From Deinococcales bacterium (GTDB lineage: Bacteria > Deinococcota > Deinococci > Deinococcales > JAAFIG01): a DNA stretch of 64,000 bases. This document shows positions 19,064-30,011 of this stretch, in pieces (the first letter of the stretch is position 1; the number at the start of each line of letters is the position of its first letter). Made by a program: the position numbers and the translations under genes. The notes beneath the pieces are model-generated. The model was not told where the DNA came from. It made no database searches and saw only the letters and a list, made by a program, of their open reading frames with translations. Location: the NCBI GenBank assembly GCA_043778225.1, contig JAYWGM010000056.1:1-64000 (forward strand), given 5' to 3'.

Positions 19064-20728
19064 ATGACCAATCCTCACGACTGGAATTCCTTAGCCCCAC
19101 ATTTTGAGGTGCTCGAGACTGCGCCGCTGAGCCTGTCCACGGCTCGAACATGGCTGCAAAGCTGGAGCGACTTGGATTCTAGCATCAGCGAGGTTACTTC
19201 TCGGGCTTACCGCGCTCGAATGGAAGACACGACCAATCAACTAGCCGAAGCCACTTATATGAACCTGATTGAAAATGTGATTCCAAAAGTCGAAACTGCC
19301 AAAAATGCGCTCGAGAAGCGCTTTGCCGCCCTGGAGGGCAACAACGACCCAGAAACCCTTGAGTTTTATAAGCGCATCAAAGCCAGCTTAGCTATTTTTG
19401 CTGAAAAGAACATCGCTTTGGGGGTAGCGGTCAGTAAGCTCGAGGTTCAATACGACAAACTGATGGGCGACTTAAACATCAGCATCAATGGCGAAGAACT
19501 GACCATTTATGCTGCCAGTGCCAAGTTACTCGAGCCAAACCGCGCCTTGCGTCAAGAGGTTTACCAAGCCTTGATTGCCGCTTGGCAAAAAATCCGACCA
19601 CAACTCGAGACGATGTTTTTAGAATTGCTTAGACTGCGGCGGCAAATGGCAAAAAACGCTGGTTTAGAAAACTATCGAGAATTTACTTGGCAAGCCAAAG
19701 CCCGTTTTGATTACACCCCAGCCGATTGCTTTTTATTTCACAACAGCATTCTCGAGCAGGTCGTGCCGTTGGCGCAAAAGGCTTTTGCTAAACGCCGCGA
19801 AACCATGCAGTTAGCAACACTGCGCCCTTGGGATGCGGCAGTCAATCCAAGCGGACTCGAGCCATTACGTCCTTTTTCCAACGCGACTGAACTCGAGACT
19901 CAAATTCAAGCGATATTCTCGAGTTTATCGCCCGATTTTGGACAGATGTTTAGCACCATGCGCCAGAACAACCTTGATTTAGACAGCCGCAAAGGCAAAG
20001 GTCCGGGTGGCTATTGCGATTTTTTTACGCAAAGCGGTCAAGCCTATATTTTTATGAATGCGGTTGGTACACAAGATGATATTCAAACCATGCTCCATGA
20101 AGGTGGTCATGCGTTCCACGCTTTAGAAAGTTACCAAGCCCAAAAACTGGTTTGGAATTATCATGGACCGATGGAATTTTGTGAAGTTGCCAGTATGGGT
20201 ATGGAAATGCTGGCGATGCCGTATTTAGACCAAAGTCTGGGCGGAATGTACACCACTGCTCAAGCCAAACGTGCCACAAGCGAGCATTTATTTGATGCTG
20301 TACTGGTATTTTTGCCTTACATGGCGTGTGTGGATGCTTTCCAGCACTGGTTATATGTGGATGCCCCCGATGATGTGAGTATTCACACAATCAATGCAAA
20401 ATGGGCTGAACTCTACCAAACATTTTTACCGCATCTTGATTTTCGTGGCATCGAAGATGGTATGGCGTTTCGTTGGCAACGTCAAAGCCATATTTTTACT
20501 GCACCGTTTTATTATATCGAGTATGGCATTGCCCAAGTCGGGGCGATTCAAGTCTGGCAAAACGCGCTCGAGAACCAACCACAAGCAATCCAAAAATACC
20601 GCCAAGCCCTGCGTTTAGGTGGCACAAAGGGGTTGCGCGAATTGTTTGCTGCGGCTGGCTTAGAATTGAATTTTGACTCGAGCCACATCGCAGGTCTGAT
20701 GAAAATTGTTGAAGCAGCGCTCGATTAG
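19064..20728 (+). CDS. M3 family oligoendopeptidase F
   Basis: [25 protein letters not shown]. Confidence 0.92.
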   Translation: MTNPHDWNSLAPHFEVLETAPLSLSTARTWLQSWSDLDSSISEVTSRAYRARMEDTTNQLAEATYMNLIENVIPKVETAKNALEKRFAALEGNNDPETLEFYKRIKASLAIFAEKNIALGVAVSKLEVQYDKLMGDLNISINGEELTIYAASAKLLEPNRALRQEVYQALIAAWQKIRPQLETMFLELLRLRRQMAKNAGLENYREFTWQAKARFDYTPADCFLFHNSILEQVVPLAQKAFAKRRETMQLATLRPWDAAVNPSGLEPLRPFSNATELETQIQAIFSSLSPDFGQMFSTMRQNNLDLDSRKGKGPGGYCDFFTQSGQAYIFMNAVGTQDDIQTMLHEGGHAFHALESYQAQKLVWNYHGPMEFCEVASMGMEMLAMPYLDQSLGGMYTTAQAKRATSEHLFDAVLVFLPYMACVDAFQHWLYVDAPDDVSIHTINAKWAELYQTFLPHLDFRGIEDGMAFRWQRQSHIFTAPFYYIEYGIAQVGAIQVWQNALENQPQAIQKYRQALRLGGTKGLRELFAAAGLELNFDSSHIAGLMKIVEAALD

Positions 20729-21717
20729 TAAGCTGGAACTCGAGTTGGTTTTCTAAATTCAATATCCTCGGGTTCGCCACCAGCTTCTCGCATTTGTAAA
20801 TTTGGGTTCTGAGCGCGTAAAAATTCGATAATCCCCCAGACCAAATCATCTGGTGTGCTGGCAGCACTGGTAATCCCCACAGCTTTGACACCCTCGAGCC
20901 AATCGGCTTTTATATCGGCGGCACTGTCCACACGGTATGCCTCGGGAGTCAGTTCTTCTGCCAACTCAACCAAGCGCATTCCGTTAGAAGATGTCAGACT
21001 CGAGACCACTAAGAACAAATCCACCTGTGGGGCAATAACTTTGACGGCAGCTTGACGGTTCTTGGTGGCATAGCAAAGGTCGCTTCTCGAGGGGATGGTT
21101 AGGTTTGGGAAGCGTCTTTTGAGAATATCCACGGTTTTATCGGTGTCGTCCACGCTTAGGGTGGTTTGGGTTAGCACAATGCACTTATCAGGGTCTGGTA
21201 CTAGCACGGTATGTGGGTCTTGCATTTTAGAATCGGCTTTGCGGTTGCCAACAACGTTGACCAGAATTGTGTCTTCTGGAGCTTCGCCAAAAGTTCCAAT
21301 GATTTCTTGGTGCTGGCTCGAGTCGCCGATTAAGAGAATGCTGTATCCCATACTTGCATAACGCTTAGATTCAGAATGCACTTTAGTCACCAGTGGACAA
21401 GTCGCATCCAAAGTTGTCAGACCGCGTTTATTGGCTTCCTCGCGCACTTTGGGCGAAATCCCATGAGCGCTAAAAACCACAGTTTGCCCTTGCCCCTGCA
21501 TCCCCTCGAGTTCGCTAAGACTTTCCACAAAACGCACACTGTGTTCTGCCTCGAGACGCTGCACCACCGTTTGATTATGGACAATCGCGTGATAGGCGAC
21601 AATATCGCCCTCACCGCTTATTTTGTTCTGTTCGGCAGCTTCTTTCAAGGCATCTATTGCCATGACCACACCGGCACAGTACCCACGCGGACGAGCCAGA
21701 ATTACAGTCTCTATCAT
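20725..21717 (-). CDS. ispH: 4-hydroxy-3-methylbut-2-enyl diphosphate reductase
   Basis: [34 protein letters not shown]; leaderless start 21717. Confidence 0.95.
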   Translation of the reverse strand: MIETVILARPRGYCAGVVMAIDALKEAAEQNKISGEGDIVAYHAIVHNQTVVQRLEAEHSVRFVESLSELEGMQGQGQTVVFSAHGISPKVREEANKRGLTTLDATCPLVTKVHSESKRYASMGYSILLIGDSSQHQEIIGTFGEAPEDTILVNVVGNRKADSKMQDPHTVLVPDPDKCIVLTQTTLSVDDTDKTVDILKRRFPNLTIPSRSDLCYATKNRQAAVKVIAPQVDLFLVVSSLTSSNGMRLVELAEELTPEAYRVDSAADIKADWLEGVKAVGITSAASTPDDLVWGIIEFLRAQNPNLQMREAGGEPEDIEFRKPTRVPAY

Positions 21718-21721
21718 GGGT

Positions 21722-22876
21722 TTAGGATAACGCGCCAACTGGGGGCAAGGTGTCTCGAGCCACATTCGCCAAAAATGCTTGAACTTGGGCGGTCAAACGC
21801 GCTGTCTCGAGCAAAAACGCATCATGACCATGAGGGCTGCTGAGTTCCCAGTATTGACCGTTTTGGACAGTTTCGGCAATTTCTCGAGCCTCGGCTGGCA
21901 AGTACAGCAAATCGCTCGAGATGCCAATACTTAACAATGGCACAGCAATCTGCTCGAGTTGGCTAGGGGAGATGTCGAATTTATCCATCGCTTTGGTAAT
22001 AGAAATATAGCAGTTGGCATCAAAGCGCTCGAGTAAACGCTCGCCTTGATGCTCGAGGTACGTTTCCATCGCAAAGCGGCTTGGCTCGGTTGGACTGGCA
22101 CGGCGACCTTGGGTGAGACCAAAAGATTCTGGACTGCGAAAAAACAGGGTTGTGATGGCTCGAGCTAACGCTAAGCCCTGTGGTTGGCGGCTGTATTTAC
22201 CCGCCTTAAAATCTGGGTCGTTTTGAATCGCCATTCGCGCCAAATGGTTAAACGTAATGCCCCAAGCACTATGGCGGGCTGGCGCACCAATAATCACGGC
22301 TGCCCCAATCCGTTCTGGGAAAGCCCGTACCCATTCGAGCGCCTGCATTCCGCCCATGCTGCCGCCAATCACGGCTTCGATGCGTTGCACTCCAAGATGC
22401 TCGAGCAGTGCGGCTTGAACTTTTACCATGTCTGGAATAGTGATGTCCGGGAACTGATTGCCATAAGTGCGGTTGGTATTAGGATTGACACTGCTTGCCC
22501 CAGTGCTGCCATAGCAACCGCCCAGCACATTGGCACAAACAATAAAATTCTGGTCGGTGTCGAGCATTCGCCCAGCCCCCAAGGCTTCGGACCACCATGA
22601 AGCCACGCTGCTCGAGCCAGTTAGGGCATGGCAAACCAGTACAGCGTTGTCTTTGCTGGCGTTGAGTTGCCCATAGGTGCTGTAAGCCACCCGCACCATT
22701 TTCAGTTCGCCGCCTAACTCGAGTTTAAGCGGTTCATGTACAAAAAGCGTGGTGTGGCGCACATCGAGGTCAGAAGGTTTTGGCTCAGGGAACAAAACCC
22801 GAACTTCAAAGTCGCCAAGTCGTTCAATTTCAAAATTTTGTTCTGGCTTAAAAGAAACGGTCATGATGCTATCCAT
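21722..22876 (-). CDS. metX: Homoserine O-acetyltransferase
   Basis: CHALTG, GGSMGG, HGHDAFL; start could be 22864. Confidence 0.93.
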   Translation of the reverse strand: MDSIMTVSFKPEQNFEIERLGDFEVRVLFPEPKPSDLDVRHTTLFVHEPLKLELGGELKMVRVAYSTYGQLNASKDNAVLVCHALTGSSSVASWWSEALGAGRMLDTDQNFIVCANVLGGCYGSTGASSVNPNTNRTYGNQFPDITIPDMVKVQAALLEHLGVQRIEAVIGGSMGGMQALEWVRAFPERIGAAVIIGAPARHSAWGITFNHLARMAIQNDPDFKAGKYSRQPQGLALARAITTLFFRSPESFGLTQGRRASPTEPSRFAMETYLEHQGERLLERFDANCYISITKAMDKFDISPSQLEQIAVPLLSIGISSDLLYLPAEAREIAETVQNGQYWELSSPHGHDAFLLETARLTAQVQAFLANVARDTLPPVGALS

Positions 22877-23124
22877 TCGCTACGAAAATCAAAGGCACAA
22901 TACTCCAGAATCAGGTTTTCGATTTCCGACTGCAAGGCTTTTTTAAGGCTTTGATTTGAACTCAGTGCCAAGGCGCGTTGCAGGTTCTCGAGTTGCTGAT
23001 GCCAGGCTTGGTTTTCTACAGCGCACTCGAGTTTGCCACGTGGAAAACGCCGCTGCTCGAGACCAGTTAAATTTTGAGTCAGCCGACGGCGTGAACCACA
23101 AGTTGGACAATCATCCTCGAGCAT
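22861..23124 (-). CDS. Hypothetical protein with CPTC motif and coiled-coil tail
   Basis: ATG 2 nt after the metY stop; ORF fills the metY-metX gap exactly. Confidence 0.5.
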   Translation of the reverse strand: MLEDDCPTCGSRRRLTQNLTGLEQRRFPRGKLECAVENQAWHQQLENLQRALALSSNQSLKKALQSEIENLILEYCAFDFRSEWIAS

Positions 23125-23126
23125 TT

Positions 23127-24533
<1,407 letters not shown>

Positions 24534-24547
24534 TTAAAACCCATTCT

Positions 24548-24758
24548 CTTATCTCTGCCGCACTGCGCGGCTGGAATTAGCACCGAAAGGGTTTTAGAAT
24601 TTTAGAACCAACTATACAAATTCACTCACCGTTTTCGGTGAGTAAACATTCGCATGGTTGGGGTTTTAGACATAAATTCTTTTTTTCCTAGGTTGCTGCG
24701 ACGCTGGGTCGTGCTTTGCACGGTTTTCGAGCCAGTCTCTTGCGTCGCTCTGGATAAG
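24548..24758 (-). ncRNA. SAM-I (S-box) riboswitch with long insertions
   Basis: Minus strand CTTATCCAGAG...CTGG...GCAACC...GGTGCTAATTCCAG...GATAAG upstream of metY-metX. Confidence 0.9.
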
Positions 24759-24858
24759 TTGGTGGCACGCCTTAGGCGCACAGGTATAAACCTGACAAGA
24801 ACTGTAAGATATTTGTGACTATTTTGTCAAGTCACTCGAGCGACTGGTGGCGGTTGTG

Positions 24859-25221
24859 TCACTCGAGCGATTTGCGTTCGCGCCGTGCTTCACGACGCAC
24901 TTTTGGGTCTAAGCCAATCATCAAGAAAAAATTCTCGAGTGCATTTTCTTTGCCTTTGACATCGGCATGGGCATCTTCGGCAGTACCGTTGACAAACGGC
25001 AAGGCTTTGTACAACTCGAGGGCTTTGACAACCACATCCTCGGCTGCTCCTGTTTCGGCAAGTTCAGCGAGTGTGCCATAAATTTCACGGCGAGACTCAG
25101 CGTGATGCGTAAAAACTTCTGGGTTTGGAGTTTCGGGCGCTCTGAGTAAATCCTGTTTGGCAATGCGGCGATAATGCTTTAAGCCACGTAAGATTTCTTC
25201 ACTCGAGTACGTTACATTCAT
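24859..25221 (-). CDS. Hypothetical protein (helical, 120 aa)
   Basis: GGAGG RBS, natural amino-acid composition, strong upstream promoter. Confidence 0.75.
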   Translation of the reverse strand: MNVTYSSEEILRGLKHYRRIAKQDLLRAPETPNPEVFTHHAESRREIYGTLAELAETGAAEDVVVKALELYKALPFVNGTAEDAHADVKGKENALENFFLMIGLDPKVRREARRERKSLE

Positions 25222-25243
25222 GCTGAACCTCCAGAGATAAGAA

Positions 25244-25267
25244 ACACAAAAACCGCCCCGAGGCGGC
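25244..25267 (-). terminator. Terminator-like hairpin within a 5' leader
   Basis: Minus strand GCCGCC-TCGG-GGCGGT-TTTTGTGTTT. Confidence 0.65.
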
Positions 25268-25310
25268 AACGAAAAGAAAGAGTTCGGAAGTTGGAATCCA
25301 CGATGCCCAG

Positions 25311-25340
25311 AGTATAGTTTTTGTATGTGAAGCGTGTCAA
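25311..25340 (-). promoter_or_regulatory. Sigma70-type promoter
   Basis: TTGACA-N18-TATACT on the minus strand. Confidence 0.75.
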
Positions 25341-25374
25341 CAAAAGTACAAGTGTAGCCGTGTTACTTTGAGTC

Positions 25375-26241
25375 ATGACCGAAGTTCAAAAAGGTTTTTT
25401 AGCTGCCCTGACCGCCAGTGCAATTTGGGGCGGAATGTATGTGGTCTCGAGAATTGTCCTCGAGGTCATACCCCCACTGCCTTTGGTGGCGCTGCGAATG
25501 CTGATTTCAGCCCTGACGATTTTTGCGCTTTATGCCATTTTGCGCCGCGATTGGCGCATCCCTAAAAGTGCTTGGACTCGAGTGGCAGTCATGGGTTTGG
25601 TTGGTTATGCGGTCAGTATTACGGCACAGTTTATTGGTACAAAGCTGGCAGGTGCAGCTTTAGGAAGTTTAATCACGACGGCTTCACCACTTTTTACAGT
25701 GGCAATTGCCGCTCTTTTTGGACTCGAGAAAGTTGCTTCAAGGGCTTGGCTTGGGTTGGGGCTAGGGATGGTGGCGGTTTATTTACTTTCTGGAGTTGGC
25801 GGCGGCAGCGACATCACTGGGGCATTGTGGCTGATTTTAGCCGCCCTGACTTGGGGGATTCTGGGGGTGGTCGGTGGGCAAACGGTGGTAAAACTCGATG
25901 CTTTTGCGGTCACGGCTTGGGCAAGCCTGATTGGGTTTTTTGCCACGCTTGCCCTGATTCCACTCGAGACCAGCCCGATTCGCTGGGAAGCGATTAACTT
26001 ACCGGTCGTGCTTGGGATCTTGTACCTTGGCATTGTTTCGACGGCGGTGGCTTTTGCGCTTTGGGTCTACGGGGTCTCGAGGGCTGGCAGTGTGCTGTCT
26101 GGGATTGCTTTTTTTGCCCAGCCGGTGGTTGGTTCGCTACTGGGGGCGTTGCTGCTTAGCGAACAACTTGGCTCGAGCTTTGCAATTGCGGCGGGTTTGC
26201 TTTTTTTAGGGGCGTGGTTGGCGCGACCTGTCTCGAGATGA
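25375..26241 (+). CDS. EamA/DMT family transporter
   Basis: IWGG, two 5-TM repeats, LYLGIVSTAVAF. Confidence 0.9.
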   Translation: MTEVQKGFLAALTASAIWGGMYVVSRIVLEVIPPLPLVALRMLISALTIFALYAILRRDWRIPKSAWTRVAVMGLVGYAVSITAQFIGTKLAGAALGSLITTASPLFTVAIAALFGLEKVASRAWLGLGLGMVAVYLLSGVGGGSDITGALWLILAALTWGILGVVGGQTVVKLDAFAVTAWASLIGFFATLALIPLETSPIRWEAINLPVVLGILYLGIVSTAVAFALWVYGVSRAGSVLSGIAFFAQPVVGSLLGALLLSEQLGSSFAIAAGLLFLGAWLARPVSR

Positions 26242-26331
26242 GGTACGGTTATGACCTGCATGTTTCGATCAGGTTTAAGCGGATAATCTAAAAGCTGGAA
26301 AAGGTACTTGAACCTAAAAGTATTTTTGCGA

Positions 26332-27831
26332 TTATGGTGTCCTCAAATAACCTTTAATTTGCTCAAAACCTTTCCACAAACACGCCGCTCCTGATGCAAC
26401 CATATTTTGTGGCGCAAAAAAACCACTGTCGCTAGGAACGGCTGATGTTGGATTCTCGAGGGTTGAAAGCAGAATTTGATTGAGTCTTTTACCATGATAT
26501 TCACGGTTTGATTTGATGTTATCAACAATAATTTCTGAATACTCGTGCAGTATTAAAACAACGCAGATTTCTGGGCGCAGGTTCAATAGGTCTACGGCAA
26601 TTCCAGAAACTAGAAAATCGGCTTTACCCGTTTTGAGCATCTCGAGAATAACCGAAAGCTGTGGGTCTTTCTTCATAATTCGGTACGGGATTCGAGGTTC
26701 TTCATACTCTTCGGATTTGTCTAACACTTCCTCGAGCAATTCGCAAAAAATCCGTTTATCTATTTGCCACTCTTCTTTATTCTCTGGCAAAAGTAATTCT
26801 TGAAGCGTACATTCGCTTTGAAACATACCGGCAGGGGCAACATGAACTGAATTCGGTTGAGCTGCTACACCTTCTGCTGAGCGTGTGCCAAGGGTGCAAC
26901 GGTATTGCCGGTCGGCATCTCTATAGACAAATAGCATGGCACAACCAATCGTCGCGGCTCTGCCTACGCCTTGCAAGATTTGAAGCTGCTGATTCTGGTC
27001 AGTTCCCATTGCTATTTCTATGCGTCTTCGCTGCGGTAATTTTTTGGCGACTCGAGCAAATAAATCTGCTTCACTGCCGCCTTGACTATCAGCTACTAAT
27101 TGGCTCATCAATTCCCAGCCTAAAGACTCGGAGGTGTCTAAACCTGTAAAGTAATCTGAAACATACAAGTTCATTTTCGGCGGAGTGTCCGAGTCAAGAT
27201 TTTTCAGCGCAAAAGTGCATTTACTAACACCGTTGTCGAGATGATTGCTCCCGTTTTGGCGCAAGGTTTTTGAACTAGCGTAAAACCTATAGTCGTAATT
27301 TGGTAGGTGATCTTGAGCTTTATACGTTAAGTCCATCACAATCTGATTTTGAAAAAATTCTACACCCTTATCTTCAAAAGTATTGTCCGTAAATGAACAC
27401 GGATATATTTTTCCATGTGCAGTCAGAAACGTCACTCGATTGTGATAATACCAGACTAAAAACCGAAGCACCAAACCAGATGCTCGAATTTGGGTGACTT
27501 TCTCGAGTTGGACTTGGCGTTCTTGGATGGTAGCACTATTGACCTGCTTAAACTGCTCAAAGGTGTTGGCAGCCACCAGAGCTAGGCTACTACCTGTCCA
27601 AATTTTATATCGCTCGAGTAATCCAGAAATTTCTGCTTGATTTAACTCGAGCTTTTCAAGCTGCGCCCGTCTGTTTTTTTTGATACTGCCATCGGCATAC
27701 GTACCGCCATTTGGTTTTTTAACCAAGTTTGTGATTTCCCTGTCACTTTTGCCTTGACTTGACATCTCAAGGATTTCAAAAAAATGAGGCTCTAATTTCT
27801 CGAGAATTACAAATCGCTCTAAGTCGTCCAT
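26332..27831 (-). CDS. N-terminal LuxR-like HTH plus C-terminal NUDIX-like domain protein
   Basis: EILEMSSQGKSDREI (HTH-like); RS..VA..P..VHVAPAGMFQ...CELLEEVL (Nudix-like); AAGGAG RBS before ATG 27831. Confidence 0.55.
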   Translation of the reverse strand: MDDLERFVILEKLEPHFFEILEMSSQGKSDREITNLVKKPNGGTYADGSIKKNRRAQLEKLELNQAEISGLLERYKIWTGSSLALVAANTFEQFKQVNSATIQERQVQLEKVTQIRASGLVLRFLVWYYHNRVTFLTAHGKIYPCSFTDNTFEDKGVEFFQNQIVMDLTYKAQDHLPNYDYRFYASSKTLRQNGSNHLDNGVSKCTFALKNLDSDTPPKMNLYVSDYFTGLDTSESLGWELMSQLVADSQGGSEADLFARVAKKLPQRRRIEIAMGTDQNQQLQILQGVGRAATIGCAMLFVYRDADRQYRCTLGTRSAEGVAAQPNSVHVAPAGMFQSECTLQELLLPENKEEWQIDKRIFCELLEEVLDKSEEYEEPRIPYRIMKKDPQLSVILEMLKTGKADFLVSGIAVDLLNLRPEICVVLILHEYSEIIVDNIKSNREYHGKRLNQILLSTLENPTSAVPSDSGFFAPQNMVASGAACLWKGFEQIKGYLRTP

Positions 27832-27979
27832 AAGAATCTCCTTTTGGGTAGTTCCCACCTACCCCTGTGGGTCTGGCTTTAGTTTTGTATATCGTAAATA
27901 ATCTTCCTCAGAAGCGCTTCTTGCACCACAAAAATTCAAAGTTCGTCAGCCATTACTCTTCTCATAGTCGAGGTTTTGT

Positions 27980-28249
27980 ATGAAACAGAATTCCGCTACA
28001 CAGTACCAAATTTCGTTGCCAGAAAAGTTCTCTAAGACCCAGTTGAAGTTCATGACCCCCGTCGGAACTTTGGGTTTTTCAAAACCTAAATCCGAATCTC
28101 AACAAGTAGCAAAATTACAAGTGAATTGGACAGCAGTATTGGTCGTAGTTGTGATTGTTTTAGGGGCATTACTTTTACAATCAAAACCAAAACCACAAGA
28201 TAATTGGCTCAAGCCTGTGGAGGGTAGTCAAACCTGTAGTGCGTGCTAA
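27980..28249 (+). CDS. Small protein with a hydrophobic segment and C-terminal CSAC; possible pre-peptide (alternative GTG start 28121)
   Basis: GAGG RBS; WTAVLVVVVIVLGALLLQS then a short polar tail. Confidence 0.55.
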   Translation: MKQNSATQYQISLPEKFSKTQLKFMTPVGTLGFSKPKSESQQVAKLQVNWTAVLVVVVIVLGALLLQSKPKPQDNWLKPVEGSQTCSAC

Positions 28250-28253
28250 GTGC

Positions 28254-28289
28254 TAAAGTTGTGGCTGTGAGGGGGCAGCCACAACTTTA
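28254..28289. other. Perfect 14-bp hairpin ending on the A of the next start codon
   Basis: TAAAGTTGTGGCTG-TGAGGGGG-CAGCCACAACTTTA. Confidence 0.85.
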
Positions 28290-29929
28290 TGGAAAATATT
28301 TCAGTGCTTATAAGGTTGATTCAAACTGCCCTACAAAACAGTGCTTTTTCACCAGCCTTACTGATTCGAGTTGAGAATTTGCATTTACAGGTCAATCAAT
28401 GGCGCGATTTTTATAGCAGCATCAGCCCAATAAATGGAGTATCCCCTTTTGTACTTCGGCTTCGCTTACTTTGCAACGTTCAAGCTGCCATCTATCCCGC
28501 ACTCGAGGAATTTATCAGTGACCCAGAGGTGCAAAAATACCTTAACCAAGCAGAGCTACGCATTTTGTTGGCTCGAGGGTTTTGTACTGTCAATAAATAC
28601 CATAAAGCTGCGGTGTATCTCCAAGATATTGTTGTCCCAGATAATCCACGCTATCAGTTTTGGTATTGGAGCGCAAAGGCACTCATTTGGGTGAGTCAAA
28701 AAAATGAAAATTGTTTTGTGGCTTTTGAAAATGCAAAAACTGTTGTGACTTTGCATGAATATGGGGTGGTTTGCCTGAACCAAGGCGCAGCTTATGAAGC
28801 CACAGGAAGACTTGTAGAAGCCGAAAACATTTGGCACGAAGCGCTCAAGCATTTAGAATTACCAAGTTTTGCGCTTGCACTTACGCATTATAACCTCGGT
28901 GAGATGTTACTGGTGAGTCTAAACCCAGAAGCACAACATCAATTTGACTTAGCCTTAAAAATCTCGAGCCACAAAGTTGCCTTACAACTGCGTTCGACTG
29001 CATTGTGTGGACTTGGCGACTGGCAACGCTTACACGGGCATCTGCCTCAAGCCAAAGAGTTTTATCGTCGCGCATTGCTTGCAGCGCAAAAACAAAACAT
29101 CGTTAAAGACCAAATCAATGCTTTTGCAAAACTTAGTTACTTGTGCTTATTGACCAAAGATTTAGAAACTGCCCTCGAGTACCTAAAAAATGCCACTGCC
29201 CTAATTCCAGATGTCCATTCGGATACGTGGGTCTACACCATAGAAGCGCTGGTGCATTTGCGGCGGACAGATTTAGTGGCTGCCGCAAATGCACTGACTC
29301 AAGCCATTTCGCTTGGCAATATCGCCACCCAACGGGCTAGGGTTATTCGGGCGGAACTCGAGCGACAAAAAGGCAATCCTACCCAAGCCCTACTCGAACT
29401 CGAGAACTTAGATTTAACCAATGCTGGGGCTAGAGAAACCGTTTTGGTTTTACCCGAACTTTGGGCTTGGGCAAAAACGCAGGGAATGGATTCGCCAGAA
29501 CCAATTACCGAACAAAAACGGGTTTTTAAGGTTCAAGCCCTCGACCAATTCGAGGTTTGGATGAACCAGAAAAAAATCCATCTGACCGAGCGAAGCGCCG
29601 AGCTATTGGTGTACTTGCTGCACTACAAAACCCGAAGTGCTGGCGATTTAATTTCTGAACTGTACTACGAAGAATTAACAGCAGAAATTGATTTAACGCA
29701 GCGCTTAAAATTAGTGCAGCAATGCCAAAAGAATTTTAACCATCATTTAAGGCGCTTACGCGAGGTACTGCAATGGAAAGACGTGGTCAGACTCGAGAAA
29801 CGCCAGTACCATATCAATCTCGAGGATGCTATTTGGGATTTGGATTGGTTAGAACAAAGTGATCTCAAAACACGCTTCTTGCCAGCCATTCAACGGCGTT
29901 GGATACAGGACATTGCCGAACCTTTTTAA
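28289..29929 (+). CDS. TPR-repeat protein with C-terminal winged-helix (OmpR/SARP-like) domain
   Basis: TPR motifs (LNQGAAY, HYNLG, LCGLGD); C-terminal VQALDQFEV...AELLVYLL...HLRRLREVL. Confidence 0.7.
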   Translation: MENISVLIRLIQTALQNSAFSPALLIRVENLHLQVNQWRDFYSSISPINGVSPFVLRLRLLCNVQAAIYPALEEFISDPEVQKYLNQAELRILLARGFCTVNKYHKAAVYLQDIVVPDNPRYQFWYWSAKALIWVSQKNENCFVAFENAKTVVTLHEYGVVCLNQGAAYEATGRLVEAENIWHEALKHLELPSFALALTHYNLGEMLLVSLNPEAQHQFDLALKISSHKVALQLRSTALCGLGDWQRLHGHLPQAKEFYRRALLAAQKQNIVKDQINAFAKLSYLCLLTKDLETALEYLKNATALIPDVHSDTWVYTIEALVHLRRTDLVAAANALTQAISLGNIATQRARVIRAELERQKGNPTQALLELENLDLTNAGARETVLVLPELWAWAKTQGMDSPEPITEQKRVFKVQALDQFEVWMNQKKIHLTERSAELLVYLLHYKTRSAGDLISELYYEELTAEIDLTQRLKLVQQCQKNFNHHLRRLREVLQWKDVVRLEKRQYHINLEDAIWDLDWLEQSDLKTRFLPAIQRRWIQDIAEPF

Positions 29930-30011
29930 CTTAGGTATAACTTTTGTGCCACTGGGATTTTAGGGGCTTTGTTAGGCTTGGTCTCGAGCCATAGGGCAAC
30001 CGAGGTGAAGT

